Assembly: GCA_964276515.1 (NCBI GenBank)
Contig: OZ193909.1
Coordinates: 14,942,001 to 15,006,000, forward strand
DNA from: Gordius albopunctatus
Taxonomy: Eukaryota
Length of the DNA: 64,000 nt
Reading direction: 5' to 3'
In this document: positions 1-10,933 of the stretch, one piece after another
Position numbering within the stretch: the stretch's first letter is position 1
Layout: the number at the start of each line of letters is the position of its first letter
Notes under the pieces: generated by a model
What the model was told of the DNA's origin: nothing
Database searches by the model: none
Seen by the model: the letters and a program-made list of their open reading frames with translations, nothing else
Position numbers and translations under genes: made by a program

Positions 1-240
1 AATTTTTATTACTCTCGCGTTTTATACCAAAATTTGAAAAACGTTCGAAAGAGATTCGGTTAAAATTTTTTTAAATCTTTTGGGTGGGGCCGGGTCGGGT
101 TCGGGTTGAAAATTTTAAATTGCATTTGGGTCGGGTTCGGGTTGAAATTTTAAAAATGATTTTGGGTCGGGTTTGGGCGGAAAAATTTAAAATGCTTTAG
201 GGTCGGGTCGGTTTCGGGTTGAAAAAAAGTGACTTTGCAA

Positions 241-300
241 TGCGAGGACCAACAGCCTCGTATCTCTGCCACATTTCATGGGAAGTATGGCAGAGGGGCC
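241..300 (-). pseudogene. Distal fragment of the MULE (Mutator-like) transposase split by the LTR element at 301-10933
   Basis: Joining 10934 onward to 300 backward across the GGGCC TSD reads WVGPSAILP/HEMWQRYEAVGPR (1-nt slip). This matches the MULE W..Y...GPRTNN region. Confidence 0.7.
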
Positions 301-976
301 TGTCATATCCATGAGAAACTATCAAAAAGGGACCAGCCCTTATAAGGCATGGGCACGTGATAAGATAAAAAAAAAACGAAGGGAGAAGAAGGTTACCGAA
401 ATTTGGGTTGGTAGTTAAATAGTACAAGGATACAGCTATAAATTAAGACTTGGCCCGAAAGAAGTAGCAAAGAGAAGCAAGGATACAACAAACCCTGGTA
501 ATAAATATCGAATTGGCACAAGACTGTCAGCCGAAGTTTCCAAAGGCATTGTAAAAACCTTGGAAGTGGAGGGCCATTCATCACGAAATTGGCGCGGTAA
601 AATGGGTCGAGAAGAAAAGAAGTTTCAAGAATCAAGATACGAGCCAGAAAAATAAACCTATATAAGCCCCAATAAAATCGATACTGGAGAGAATGAGAAT
701 TTTCTCTCAAAGTTAATTAATTAATTTCTCGCATAGAAAAGTCGTTCCAAAATAATCTTTACTAGACTTGGTGTTATTTCCCCCTTGTAATCGCTAAAAT
801 TATATCCCCGCGCTTTATTGTGGTGTTAACAATTATTTCAGCGTACTTCAATTATATACCTTGTCCGGAATTGTATCATAGTTATTTGAGTGAATAAACT
901 AGTATTTGGAGTATCACAGATTTCGTGAATAATCGTACAAATATATAATTCCCTCTTTTGGCGGAGGATGTAAAAG
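301..976 (+). repeat. 5' LTR of Gypsy A (~675 bp)
   Basis: Starts TGTCATATCC. Repeated at 6345, 10255 and inverted at 7682. Confidence 0.9.
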
Positions 977-987
977 TGGTGCCCCGG
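977..987 (+). promoter_or_regulatory. Primer-binding site (TGGTGCCCCGG), possibly elongator tRNA-Met type
   Basis: TGG-initiated motif directly after the 5' LTR and absent after the 3' LTR. The tRNA identity is from memory only. Confidence 0.65.
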
Positions 988-1201
988 TTATACTCGTACA
1001 AGAGTCAACCTTAAGATTGAACACAACGTACAAAACACAACCGCAAGACTCAACCGCAATCAGACGCGATCATAACAGACGAAATTCGTAATGGACACAC
1101 ACGGGAACCAGCGTTATAAAAAGGTATGTTAATTTATCATATAATATTTTTCGTGATTTTATTAATTTCATTAATTATTAATTTAAAAAATATATATAAA
1201 C

Positions 1202-1429
1202 ATGTTTGGTAAAAGCGATAATCGACTTTATTTAAGAAATTTGTTTGGTGATTTATATCAATATATTGATTACCTTGTTATTTTGATATTGGGCATTTTA
1301 ATTGGACAGGTAATTAATAAATTAAACAAGATAGTGAGGTGCTTTACGTGCGGAAACACAAATCATTTGCAGCGTAATTGTTATTTTAATAATAAGCAAT
1401 TAAGTAATCCAAACCAAAGTAAAAAATAA
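1202..1429 (+). CDS. Gypsy A gag-position mini-ORF: hydrophobic helix + CCHC zinc knuckle
   Basis: YLVILILGILIGQVI followed by CFTCGNTNHLQRNC (CX2CX4HX4C). No capsid-like region. Confidence 0.7.
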   Translation: MFGKSDNRLYLRNLFGDLYQYIDYLVILILGILIGQVINKLNKIVRCFTCGNTNHLQRNCYFNNKQLSNPNQSKK

Positions 1430-2644
1430 TGTGCAATTACTAATAATATAAAAAATAATTGTTAGCACTTTCCCCATAATGTTCGTAACCCCCCTGCTCT
1501 TGCTTTTATAAGGATGCGGTTTGTCGATTAAAATATTAATATATGTTGAATTTGTTATATAATATAAAATATTAATTATCATAATAAATTTTATTGATTT
1601 TATCGCATAATATGTTTATTGTTCAATTTGCATGGAATATATTCATATTGATATGTATAAATAAAAAATTTTTGACTACTAGTGTTGAACTTTGATTTTG
1701 ATCAAAAAAAAATAATAATAAACGGTATCATTAGCATGAAGAATTTAAAGTAAAAGGGCATAGTAAAAAATTAATAAAGGATTAATAGAAATTTTAACAC
1801 GTTGAACAAATTATTTTGGGGTTTGCAACTTTTTATTAAAATCATGATAAATATAGTGCAGTTTGGTACTTTGAAAATAAATGTGAGGCATAACACACTT
1901 AAACGGGACAAATATTATTCTTCTAAAAACACTTTTAATATACAAAAAAATTGTATATTTTATAAAGAAACTCAAAAAGGGTATTTTTCATATATTTTGG
2001 GTGAGTATAAAGAGATGGTTTGTCGAAAGATAAAAAATCTTGGGAATAGGTCGATTGGAAAGTTGCGAGAAATCGTGGTTAAGCCATTCGAAATTCCTAA
2101 TACTCCACCAACGTATATAATTAAATCGTACTCACGGGCGTGTTGGCGATTTAAAATCTGGAATAAATTTTATTGGTTAGGAAATACCAATTTTTGTGTT
2201 TTGGGCGAATATACTTACGACCGTTTAAATCTGGAAGCTTTTATGCACTCTACCCTTTTTAAAGTACCAAAAAGCAAAACCCAGTACAAAAATAAAATAG
2301 GGAAGGGAAGAAATAATTTAATGGAAATAAATAAATATAACAAAAGTAAAATGAACCTTTATTTAAATCCTTGGAAGGGTAGCGAGCGAATTGATAAGGT
2401 CAACACGAGTAATTTTTACAAGTATATGTGTCGAAGATTTTTATTTTTAACATATGAGTATTGGTATGACTATGGAAAATTGAACGAGTTTACAACAACA
2501 AAAACCACCCCTGTTATCTATCCTAAATGTAAATTAACTCTAATACCCATTAAAAGAAATTGGGGAGTGTTTAACGTAACATCGCCGCGTAATCATGATC
2601 TTTTAGGGAATTTTATCAAACAAAAATCAATAAAGAAGGAAGTA

Positions 2645-5512
2645 ATGCAAATTTCTTTTATAAACATGCTTGAAATTAAAAATAACCAAGTTCCCCGCGT
2701 AAAAATAACTTGTAACAAAATTCAACTTAATTTTATATTTGACACCGGTTCATCCAAGACGGTAGTTAATAGAGATGATTGGTTTAGAATTTGTAACGGT
2801 GGATTATTTAAAGAGTCAAAATTGGAAGTGAGGCTATTTAATAACGACAATATAAAATTAATAGGACAATGCGACGTACGTGTGACCGTAAGTGGAGTTG
2901 TCAAAAATTTAACATTATATATATCGGACCTAAGAGTTAATAATATTTTAGGATGGGACTGGATTCAAAACTTTGAGATTGAGTGGTTTAATAAAATAAA
3001 AAACGAACCGACATCATGTAGTGGTTTGATAAATATAGAGTTAATGTTGCAAGTAAGTCCAGGCCCGAAAATTGATAAGATTTGTGCCGAGTTTTCAAGA
3101 ATTTTCAGTAAGGAATTAGGGTGTTTGAAAAATTATGAGGCCATTATGAAAATAAAGCCAGGAGTAAAACCGAAATTTTGTTCAGCTCGAAGAGTACCTT
3201 ATGAATGGCGCAGTGAAATAGAGGAGGAGTTAAACAAGTGGGTTAAAGAAGGAATAACCAAACCGGGTATCCTTTAGTTATTGGGCAACGCCCTTAGTAC
3301 CGGTAAGGAAGGCCAATGGTAAGTTGAGATTGTGTGCGGACTTTCGTATCACGCTAAATCCTTGTATTGAGAGTCTAAAATTTCCATTGCCGCGTCTAGA
3401 GGAGATTTTGGTTGATTTGAATGGATGTAAATACTTCTCAAAATTAGATTTTGTAACGGCTTACCTACAATTGAAGGTATCTAAAGAGATGAGTCAAGCC
3501 CTAGCCATAAACACACATTTAGGTCTATTTACGTTTTTGAGATTACCTTTTGGATTAAGTATTTCGGCTCCAATCTTTCAGATGGCCATGAATTCATTAT
3601 TTTGAGGAATAGAAGGTGTCTTCTATTATATAGATGATCTCTTAGTGGCAGGAAAAACACAAGTGGAACATGATTATAAATTAAGACAAGTTTTACAAAT
3701 TATTGATGACAATGAATTAAGAGTTTCCAAAGAAAAGTGTATTTTTGATGTAAATACAGTAGAATATTTGGGTAATATTATCGAAAATGGTACCATTAGG
3801 CCCATAGAGAGTAAGATCGCGGCAATAAGTAACCTTCGTGCACCAACTTCCAAAAAAGAACTTCAATCCTTTCTGGGATTAATAAATTACTCTGATTAAG
3901 GGTAGAACAATTTTTAAATGGAGTGAGGAAGTGGAAAAGAGTTTCCAGGATTTAAAGGAATGTGTAACTAAACCCCCTATATTAACTTGTTTTGACAGTA
4001 GTAAGGAAACTCACATAGTAGTGGACGCCTCGCAAGAAGCTGTCGGTGGGGCGTTATTACAAGTCGAAGATGGGAACGAAAAACCAGTTATGTATTTTTC
4101 GCGAAAATTTAAAGATACAGAATTGCGATATTCGGTAATCGAGAAAGAAGCCGCAGCAGTCGTATATGGACTTCATAAATATCGGGAGTATATTATAGGC
4201 AAACCTGTTGTGTTATATACGGATCACAAATCTTTAGTATCATTATTTAAGAAGGATAACAAGGAGCTTATGTTATCTACTAGACTACAGAGATGGCTAG
4301 TAATGGTAGGAGTGTTTGAAGTGGAAATAAAATATAGAAGAGGCCAGGATAATTATATCGCAGATACCTTATTACGAATGGGCCCTCAAAAACAGGAAGA
4401 AGATTAAGAAGTAGGCAGCGGATCAATGGAAAAAAACTATAATAACAATGATGCACCATAAATTTTAAGAATATCAGACGGAGGACCAATCTCCTGGATG
4501 AATGTCAAGGAAGCAACGGAAAAGGATATCGAACTAAAGAAATTAGGCCAGTGTATCCGAGGAGAAGCCGAGTGGCCCCTCGTACTAAGAAAGGCAATTA
4601 AGCATAGTGGATGGATGTATTATTAAAGGTCTACAGTTAATTATCCCCAATAAGTTAAGAAATGAGGTTTTAAATGAATTACATAAAGGGCATCAAGGTA
4701 TGGTAAAAAAGAAGAGATGGGCGCGAGAATATATCTGGTGGCCAGATATTAGGGAGGATATAGAATCTCGCTGCAGGCAATGTGAGGCATGCAATAGCAT
4801 AGCAGCGATGCCACATAAAGTTAAAGGCAGCCAATGGGCTAAGGCACAAAATCTGTGGGATAGGGTTCATCTAGATTTTTTCAAGTGTCTAGGGAAGGTA
4901 TATTTTATAGCGGTGGATGCCTGTACTGAATGGATAGAGTACGAAAGGTTTAGTGGGAGTTCGACACGAATTGTGATAAGGGTATTGTAAGGACTCTTGG
5001 CTCGATATGGGTTACCCAAACTGATAGTGTCCGACGGAGGTCCAGCATTTAGTAGCGTAAAGTTTAAAGAATTTTGTGGAAGTCAAGGGATAGGACATAT
5101 TATCACCCCACCCTATCATTCCAGTTCCAACGGGTAGGTGGAAAGAATGGTGGGAGTAGTTAAAGGATGGATTCTTAAGGAGAAAATGGAGACATCCGAG
5201 CAGTGGCAGATGAAGTTAATGTATAATAACGCGGAGGGAGGAGATGGCCAGTCCCCGTCATCGAGATTCTTGGGACGACGAGGGAGAGTATGGCTAGACG
5301 AGTTGAGAAGCGTAGAGGGAAGGAGTGATTTAGGGAGGGCAGCCCGCTTTAAATTAGGGGATACCATTTGGGTTAAAATGTATCAAGGTCCGAGTAAGTG
5401 GGTAAAGGGGTTAGTGATCGCCGTAGAAGGAGGGGTAAGGTGTCGAGTGACGATAGAAGACGGTAAGGAATTTTGGAGGCATATTGACCAGTTACGGCGA
5501 CGAGACCAGTAG
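2645..5512 (+). pseudogene. pol: Gypsy A pol (protease, RT, RNase H, integrase) with stops and frameshifts
   Basis: FIFDTGSS protease; LRLCADFR...SKLDF...RLPFGL...FYYIDD RT; VVDAS...YSVIEKE...YTDHKSL RNase H; H..HQG...C..C and VHLDF integrase. Split into several ORFs. Confidence 0.93.
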
Positions 5513-5539
5513 GGACTAAGGAAATCTATTTTATTACAG

Positions 5540-5887
5540 CTCCAATGTAAGGTGTGCTGGCAGTATGACAGCCATAGAACATGGCAGTTTTACTATTGGT
5601 CGGAAGTGCAGGTCGAAGGAATAATTTGTTATATATGTGATGAGCGAGGAACTCATCAATGGCAGACGTGGCCCTGGAGGAGCAGGGGAAAAAAGTGTAC
5701 AACGAGAAGGATTAAAAAGAAATAAACGAGGGAAAAGGTGGAGAAGGCGAAGAAGGAAGACAACGTCAAAGGTGTAGGGACCCAGACGGATGTAGAAACC
5801 CAGATGAACGCTAGACCCCCAACAAACATTTTGGAGGAAATTGAAAAAAGATTAAAGAATTTTAAACTGGAAGAAATGAAGGAGTGA
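5540..5887 (+). pseudogene. Gypsy A post-pol ORF3 (two Cys/His knuckle-like motifs + basic/coiled-coil tail), probably spliced
   Basis: Acceptor ttttattacAG at 5539. Reads LQCKVCWQYDSHRTWQ..CYICDERGTHQ. Premature TAA at 5723 is TGG in the inverted copy (8152-8472). Confidence 0.55.
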
Positions 5888-6332
5888 AAAGCCACCCTTG
5901 AGGGACAATCGCCCTATTATGTATATAGATTATTTACCCGATAGACCTGTTATGCATATAATTTATTCCCTGTGTGCTGTGTCGTTTATAAAATTATTCC
6001 CCATGTATCAATATGAAAATTCGGTGTGTTGATTGGAAATAAAAGTGGTTATAACGTAAAAAGGTGTTGATGTAGAGTTGGATATGGCTACTGATCCTGT
6101 ATTAGTAGGGATCGGGCAGCATTTATATTTTATAATAGGGGGCGTACTACGATGACCACCGAAAGGAACAAAACATCAACAGGAAACCTTAAACAAGGAC
6201 CAGAAAACGAACGACCGAAATTGGAAGATCCCAACCACTTGACCCAACCACCTGTTCCACCCACCTATCCAACCACTTGTTCCAACCACCGTGAACACTC
6301 AACCAGAAGACCCCCCTGGGACGTGATCCCCG

Positions 6333-6344
6333 AAAAGAGGGAGG
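6333..6344 (+). promoter_or_regulatory. Polypurine tract of Gypsy A
   Basis: AAAAGAGGGAGG immediately before LTR start TGT (also at 10243-10254). Confidence 0.8.
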
Positions 6345-7000
6345 TGTCATATCCATGAGAAACTATCAAAAAGGGAACCAGCCCTTATAAGGCATGGGCA
6401 CGTGATAAGATAAAAAAACAAACGAAGGGAGAGGAAGGTTACCGAAATTTGGGTTGATAGTTAAATAGTACAAGGATACAGCTATAAATTAAGACTTGGC
6501 CTGAAAGAAGTAGCAAAGAGAAGCAAAGATACAACAGACCCTGGTAATAAATATTGAATTGGCACAAGACTGTCAGTCGAAGTTTCAAAAGGCCTTGTAA
6601 AAACCTTGGAAGTGGAGGGCCATTCATCACGAAATTCGCGCGGTAAAATGAGTAGAGAAGAAAAGAAGTTTCAAGAATCAAGATACGAGCCAGAAAAATA
6701 AAACCTATATAAGCCCCAATAAAATCGATACTGGAGAGAATGAGAATTTTCTCACAGAGCTAATTAATTAATTTCTCGCATAGAAAAGTCGTTCCAAAAT
6801 AATCTTTATTAGACTTGGTGTTATTTCCCCCTTGTAATCGCTAAAATTATATCCCCGCGCTTTATTGTGGTGTTAACAATTATTTCTGCGTACTTCAATT
6901 ATATACCTTGTCCGGAATTGTATCATAGTTATTTGAGTGAATAAACTAGTATTTGGAATATCACAGATTTGGTGAATAATCGTACAAATAAATAATTCCC
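6345..7000 (+). repeat. Internal LTR copy of Gypsy A (3'-truncated at the fold-back point)
   Basis: Near-identical to 301-955. Confidence 0.9.
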
Positions 7001-7029
7001 CCGGAATTATTTATTGTTTCTCGTCTGGG

Positions 7030-9773
7030 TATTATTTATTTGTACGATTATTCACCAAATCTGTGATACTCCAAATACTAGTTAATTCACTCAAATAACT
7101 ATGATACAATTCCGGACAAGGTATATAATTGAAGTACGCAGAAATAATTGTTAACACCACAATAAAGCGCAGGGATATAATTTTAGCGATTACAAGGGGG
7201 AAATAACACCAAGTCTAATAAAGATTATTTTGGAACGACTTTTCTATGCGAGAAATTAATTAATTAGCTTTGTGAGAAAATTCTCATTCTCTCCAGTATC
7301 GATTTTATTGGGGCTTATATAGGTTTTATTATTCTGGCTCGTATCTTGATTCTTGAAACTTCTTTTCTTCTCGACCCATTTTACCGCGCCAATTTCTTGA
7401 TGAATGGCCCTCCACTTCCAAGGTTTTTACAAGGCCTTTTGAAACTTCGACTGACAGTCTTGTGCCAATTCAATATTTATTACCAGGGTCTGTTGTATCT
7501 TTGCTTCTCTTTGCTACTTCTTTCAGGCCAAGTCTTAATTTATAGCTGTATCCTTGTACTATTTAACTATCAACCCAAATTTCGGTAACCTTCCTCTCCC
7601 TTCGTTTGTTTTTTTATCTTATCACGTGCCCATGCCTTATAAGGGCTGGTTCCCTTTTTGATAGTTTCTCATGGATATGACACCTCCCTCTTTTCGGGGA
7701 TCACGTCCCAGGGGGGTCTTCTGGTTGAGTGTTCACGGTGGTTGGAACAAGTGGTTGGATAGGTGGGTGGAACAGGTGGTTGGGTCAAGTGGTTGGGATC
7801 TTCCAATTTCGGTCGTTCGTTTTCTGGTCCTTGTTTAAGGTTTCCTGTTGATATTTTGTTCCTTTCGGTGGTCATCGTATTACGTCCCCTATTATAAAAT
7901 ATAAATGCTACCCGATCCCTAATACAGGATCAGTAGCCATATCCAACTCTACATCAACACCTTTTTACGTTATAAACACTTTTATTTCCAATCAACACAC
8001 CAAATTTTCATATTGATACATGGGGAATAATTTTATAAACGACACAGCACACAGGGAATAAATTATATGCATAACAGGTCAATCGGGTAAATAATTTATA
8101 TACATAATAGGGCGATTGTCCCTCTAGGGTGGCTTTTCACTCCTTCATTTCTTACAGTTTAAAATTCTTTAATCTTTTTTCAATTTCCTCCAAAATGTTT
8201 GTTGGGGGTCTAGCGTTCGTCTGGGTTTCTACATCCGTCTGGGTACCTACACTTTTGACGTTGTCTTCCTTCTTCGCCTTCTCCACCTTTTCCCTTGTCC
8301 ATTTCTTTTTAATCCCTCTCGTTGTACACTTTCTTCCCCTGCTACTCCAGGGCCACGTCTGCCATTGATGAGTTCCTCGCTCATCACATATATAACAAAT
8401 TATTCCTTCGACCTGCACTTCCGACCAATAGTAACACTGCCACGTTCTATGGCTGTCATACTGCCAGCACACCTTACATTGGAGCTGTAATAAAATAGAT
8501 TTCCTTAGTCCCTACTGGTCTCGTCGCCGTAACTGGTCAATATGCCTCCAAAATTCCTTACCGTCTTCTATCGTCATTCGACACCTTACCTCTCCTTCTA
8601 CGGCGATCACTAACCCCTTTACCCACTTACTCGGACCTTGATACATTTTAACCCAAATGGTATCCCCTAATTTAAAGCGGGCTGCCCTCCCTAAATCACT
8701 CCTTCCCTCTACGCTTCTCAACTCGTCTAGCCATACTCTCCCTCGTCGTCCCAAGAATCTCGATGACGGGGACTGGCCATCTCCTCCCTCCGCGATATTA
8801 TACATTAACTTCATCTGCCACTGCTCGGATGTCTCCATTTTCTCCTTAAGAATCCATCCTTTAACTACTCCCACCATTCTTTCCACCTACCTGTTGTAAC
8901 TGGGATGATAGGGTGGGGTGATAATATGTCCTATCCCTTGACTTCCACAAAATTCTTTAAACTTTACGCTACTAAATGCTGGACCTCCGTCGGACACTAT
9001 CAGTTTGGGTAACCCATATCGAGCCAAGAGTCCTTACAATACCCTTATCACAATTCGGGTCGAACTCCCACTAACCCTTTCGTACTCTATCCATTCAGTA
9101 CAGGCATTCACCGCTATAAAATATACCTTCCCTAGACACTTGAAAAAATCTAGATGAACCCTATCCCACAGATTTTGTGCCTTAGCAGATTGGCTGCCTT
9201 TAACTTTATGTGGCATCGCTGCTATGCTATTGCATGCCTCACATTGCCTGCAGCGAGATTCTATATCCTCCCTAATATCTGGCCACCAGATATATTCTCG
9301 CGCCCATCTCTTCTTTTTTACCATACCTTGATGCCCTTTATGTAATTCATTTAAAACCTCATTTCTTAACTTATTGGGGATAATTAACTGTAGACCTTTA
9401 ATAATACATTCATCCACTATGCTTAATTGCCTTTCTTAGTGCGAGGGGCCACTCGGCTTCTCCTCGGATACACTGGCCTAATTTCTTTAGTTCGATATCC
9501 TTTTCCGTTGCTTCCTTGACATTCATCCAGGAGATTGGTCCTCCGTCCGATATTCTTAAAATGTATGGTGCATCATTGTTATTATAGTTTTTTTCCATTG
9601 ATCCGCTGCCTACTTCTTAATCTTCTTCCTGTTTTTGAGGGCCCATTCGTAATAAGGTATCTGCGATATAATTATCCTGGCCTCTTCTATATTTTATTTC
9701 CACTTCAAACGCTCCTACCATTACTAGCCATCTCTGTAGTCTAGAAGATAACATAAGCTCGTTGTTATCCTTC
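7030..9773 (-). repeat. Inverted duplicate of ~4251-6997 (RNase H end, integrase, ORF3, PPT, LTR)
   Basis: Mirror-image ORFs: 8512-8886 vs 5138-5512, 9034-9417 vs 4607-4990, 7669-7875 vs 6152-6358. Confidence 0.95.
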
Positions 9774-10933
9774 ACTGGAAGAAATGAAGGAATGAAAAGC
9801 CACCCTTGAGGGACAATCGCCCTATTATGTATATAAATTATTTACCCGATTGACCTCTTATTCATATAATTTATTCCCTCTGTGCTGTGTCGGTTATAAA
9901 ATTATTCCCCATGTATCAATATTAAAATTTGGTGTGTTGATTGGAAATAAAAGTGGTTATAAAGTAAAAAGGTGTTGATGTAGAGTTGGATATGGCTACT
10001 GATCCTGTATTAGGGATCGGGCAGCATTTTTATTTTAACTATAGGGGACGTACTACGATGACCACCGAAAGGAACAAAATATCAACAGGAAACCTTAAAC
10101 AAGGACCAGAAAACAAACGACCAAAATTGGAAGATCCCAACCACTTGACCCAACCACCTGTTCCACCCACCTATCCAACCACTTGTTCCAACCACCGTGA
10201 ACACTCAACCAGAAGACCCCCCCCCCTGGGACGTGATCCCCGAAAAGAGGGAGGTGTCATATCCATGAGAAACTATCAAAAAGGGAACCAGCCCTTATAA
10301 GGCATGGGCACGTGATAAGATAAAAAAAACAAACGAAGGGAGAAGAAGGTTACCGAAATTTGGGTTGGTAGTTAAATAGTACAAGGATACAACTATAAAT
10401 TAAGACTTGGCCGGAAAGAAGTAGCAAAGAGAAGCAAGGATACAACAAACCCTGGTAATAAATATCGAATTGGCATAAGACTGTCAGCCGAAGTTTCCAA
10501 AGGCATTGTAAAAACCTTGAAAGTGGAGGGCCATTCATCACGAAATTGGCGCGGTAAAATGGGTCGAGAAGAAAAGAAGTTTCAAGAATCAAGATACGAG
10601 CCAGAAAAATAAAACCTATATAAGCCCCAATAGAATCGATACTGGAGAGAATGAGAATTTTCTCACAAAGCTAATTAATTAATTTCTCGCATAGAAAAGT
10701 CGTTCCAAAATAATCTTTACTAGACTTGGTGTTATTTCCCCCTTGTAATCGCTAAAATTATATCCCCGCGCTTTATTGTGGTGTTAACAATTGTTTCCGC
10801 GTACTTCAATTATATACCTTGTCCGGAATTGTATCATAGTTATTTGAGTGAATTAACTAGTATTTGGAGTATCACAGATTTGGTGAATAATCGTACAAAT
10901 AAATAATTCCGCCTTTGGGCGGAGGATGCAAAA
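9774..10933 (+). repeat. Third copy of 5866-onward region including PPT and complete 3' LTR (10255-10933)
   Basis: ACTGGAAGAAATGAAGG restart matches 5866. LTR ends ...GGAGGATGCAAAA followed by the TSD. Confidence 0.92.

Larger units (their letters stand above)
301..10933 (+). mobile_element. Ty3/Gypsy LTR retrotransposon A (degenerate) with internal inverted duplication
   Basis: Outer LTRs 301-~976 and 10255-10933. TSD GGGCC at 296-300 and 10934-10938. PBS and PPT present. Domain order PR-RT-RH-IN. Confidence 0.92.

Noticed and set aside
80..240. Telomere-like GGGTC/GGGTT repeats
   Set aside because: Irregular subterminal motifs of a MITE-like end (similar end near 30990-31020), not a telomeric array.
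393..710. Repeated ~80-105-aa ORFs (also 6439, 7346, 10350)
   Set aside because: Antisense frames within LTR copies; recurrence is explained by the repeat.
1802..2640. N-terminal extension of the Gypsy A pol ORF as a capsid domain
   Set aside because: K/N/F/Y-rich, AT-driven composition with no motif I can recognise. Not callable without a profile search, though not excluded.
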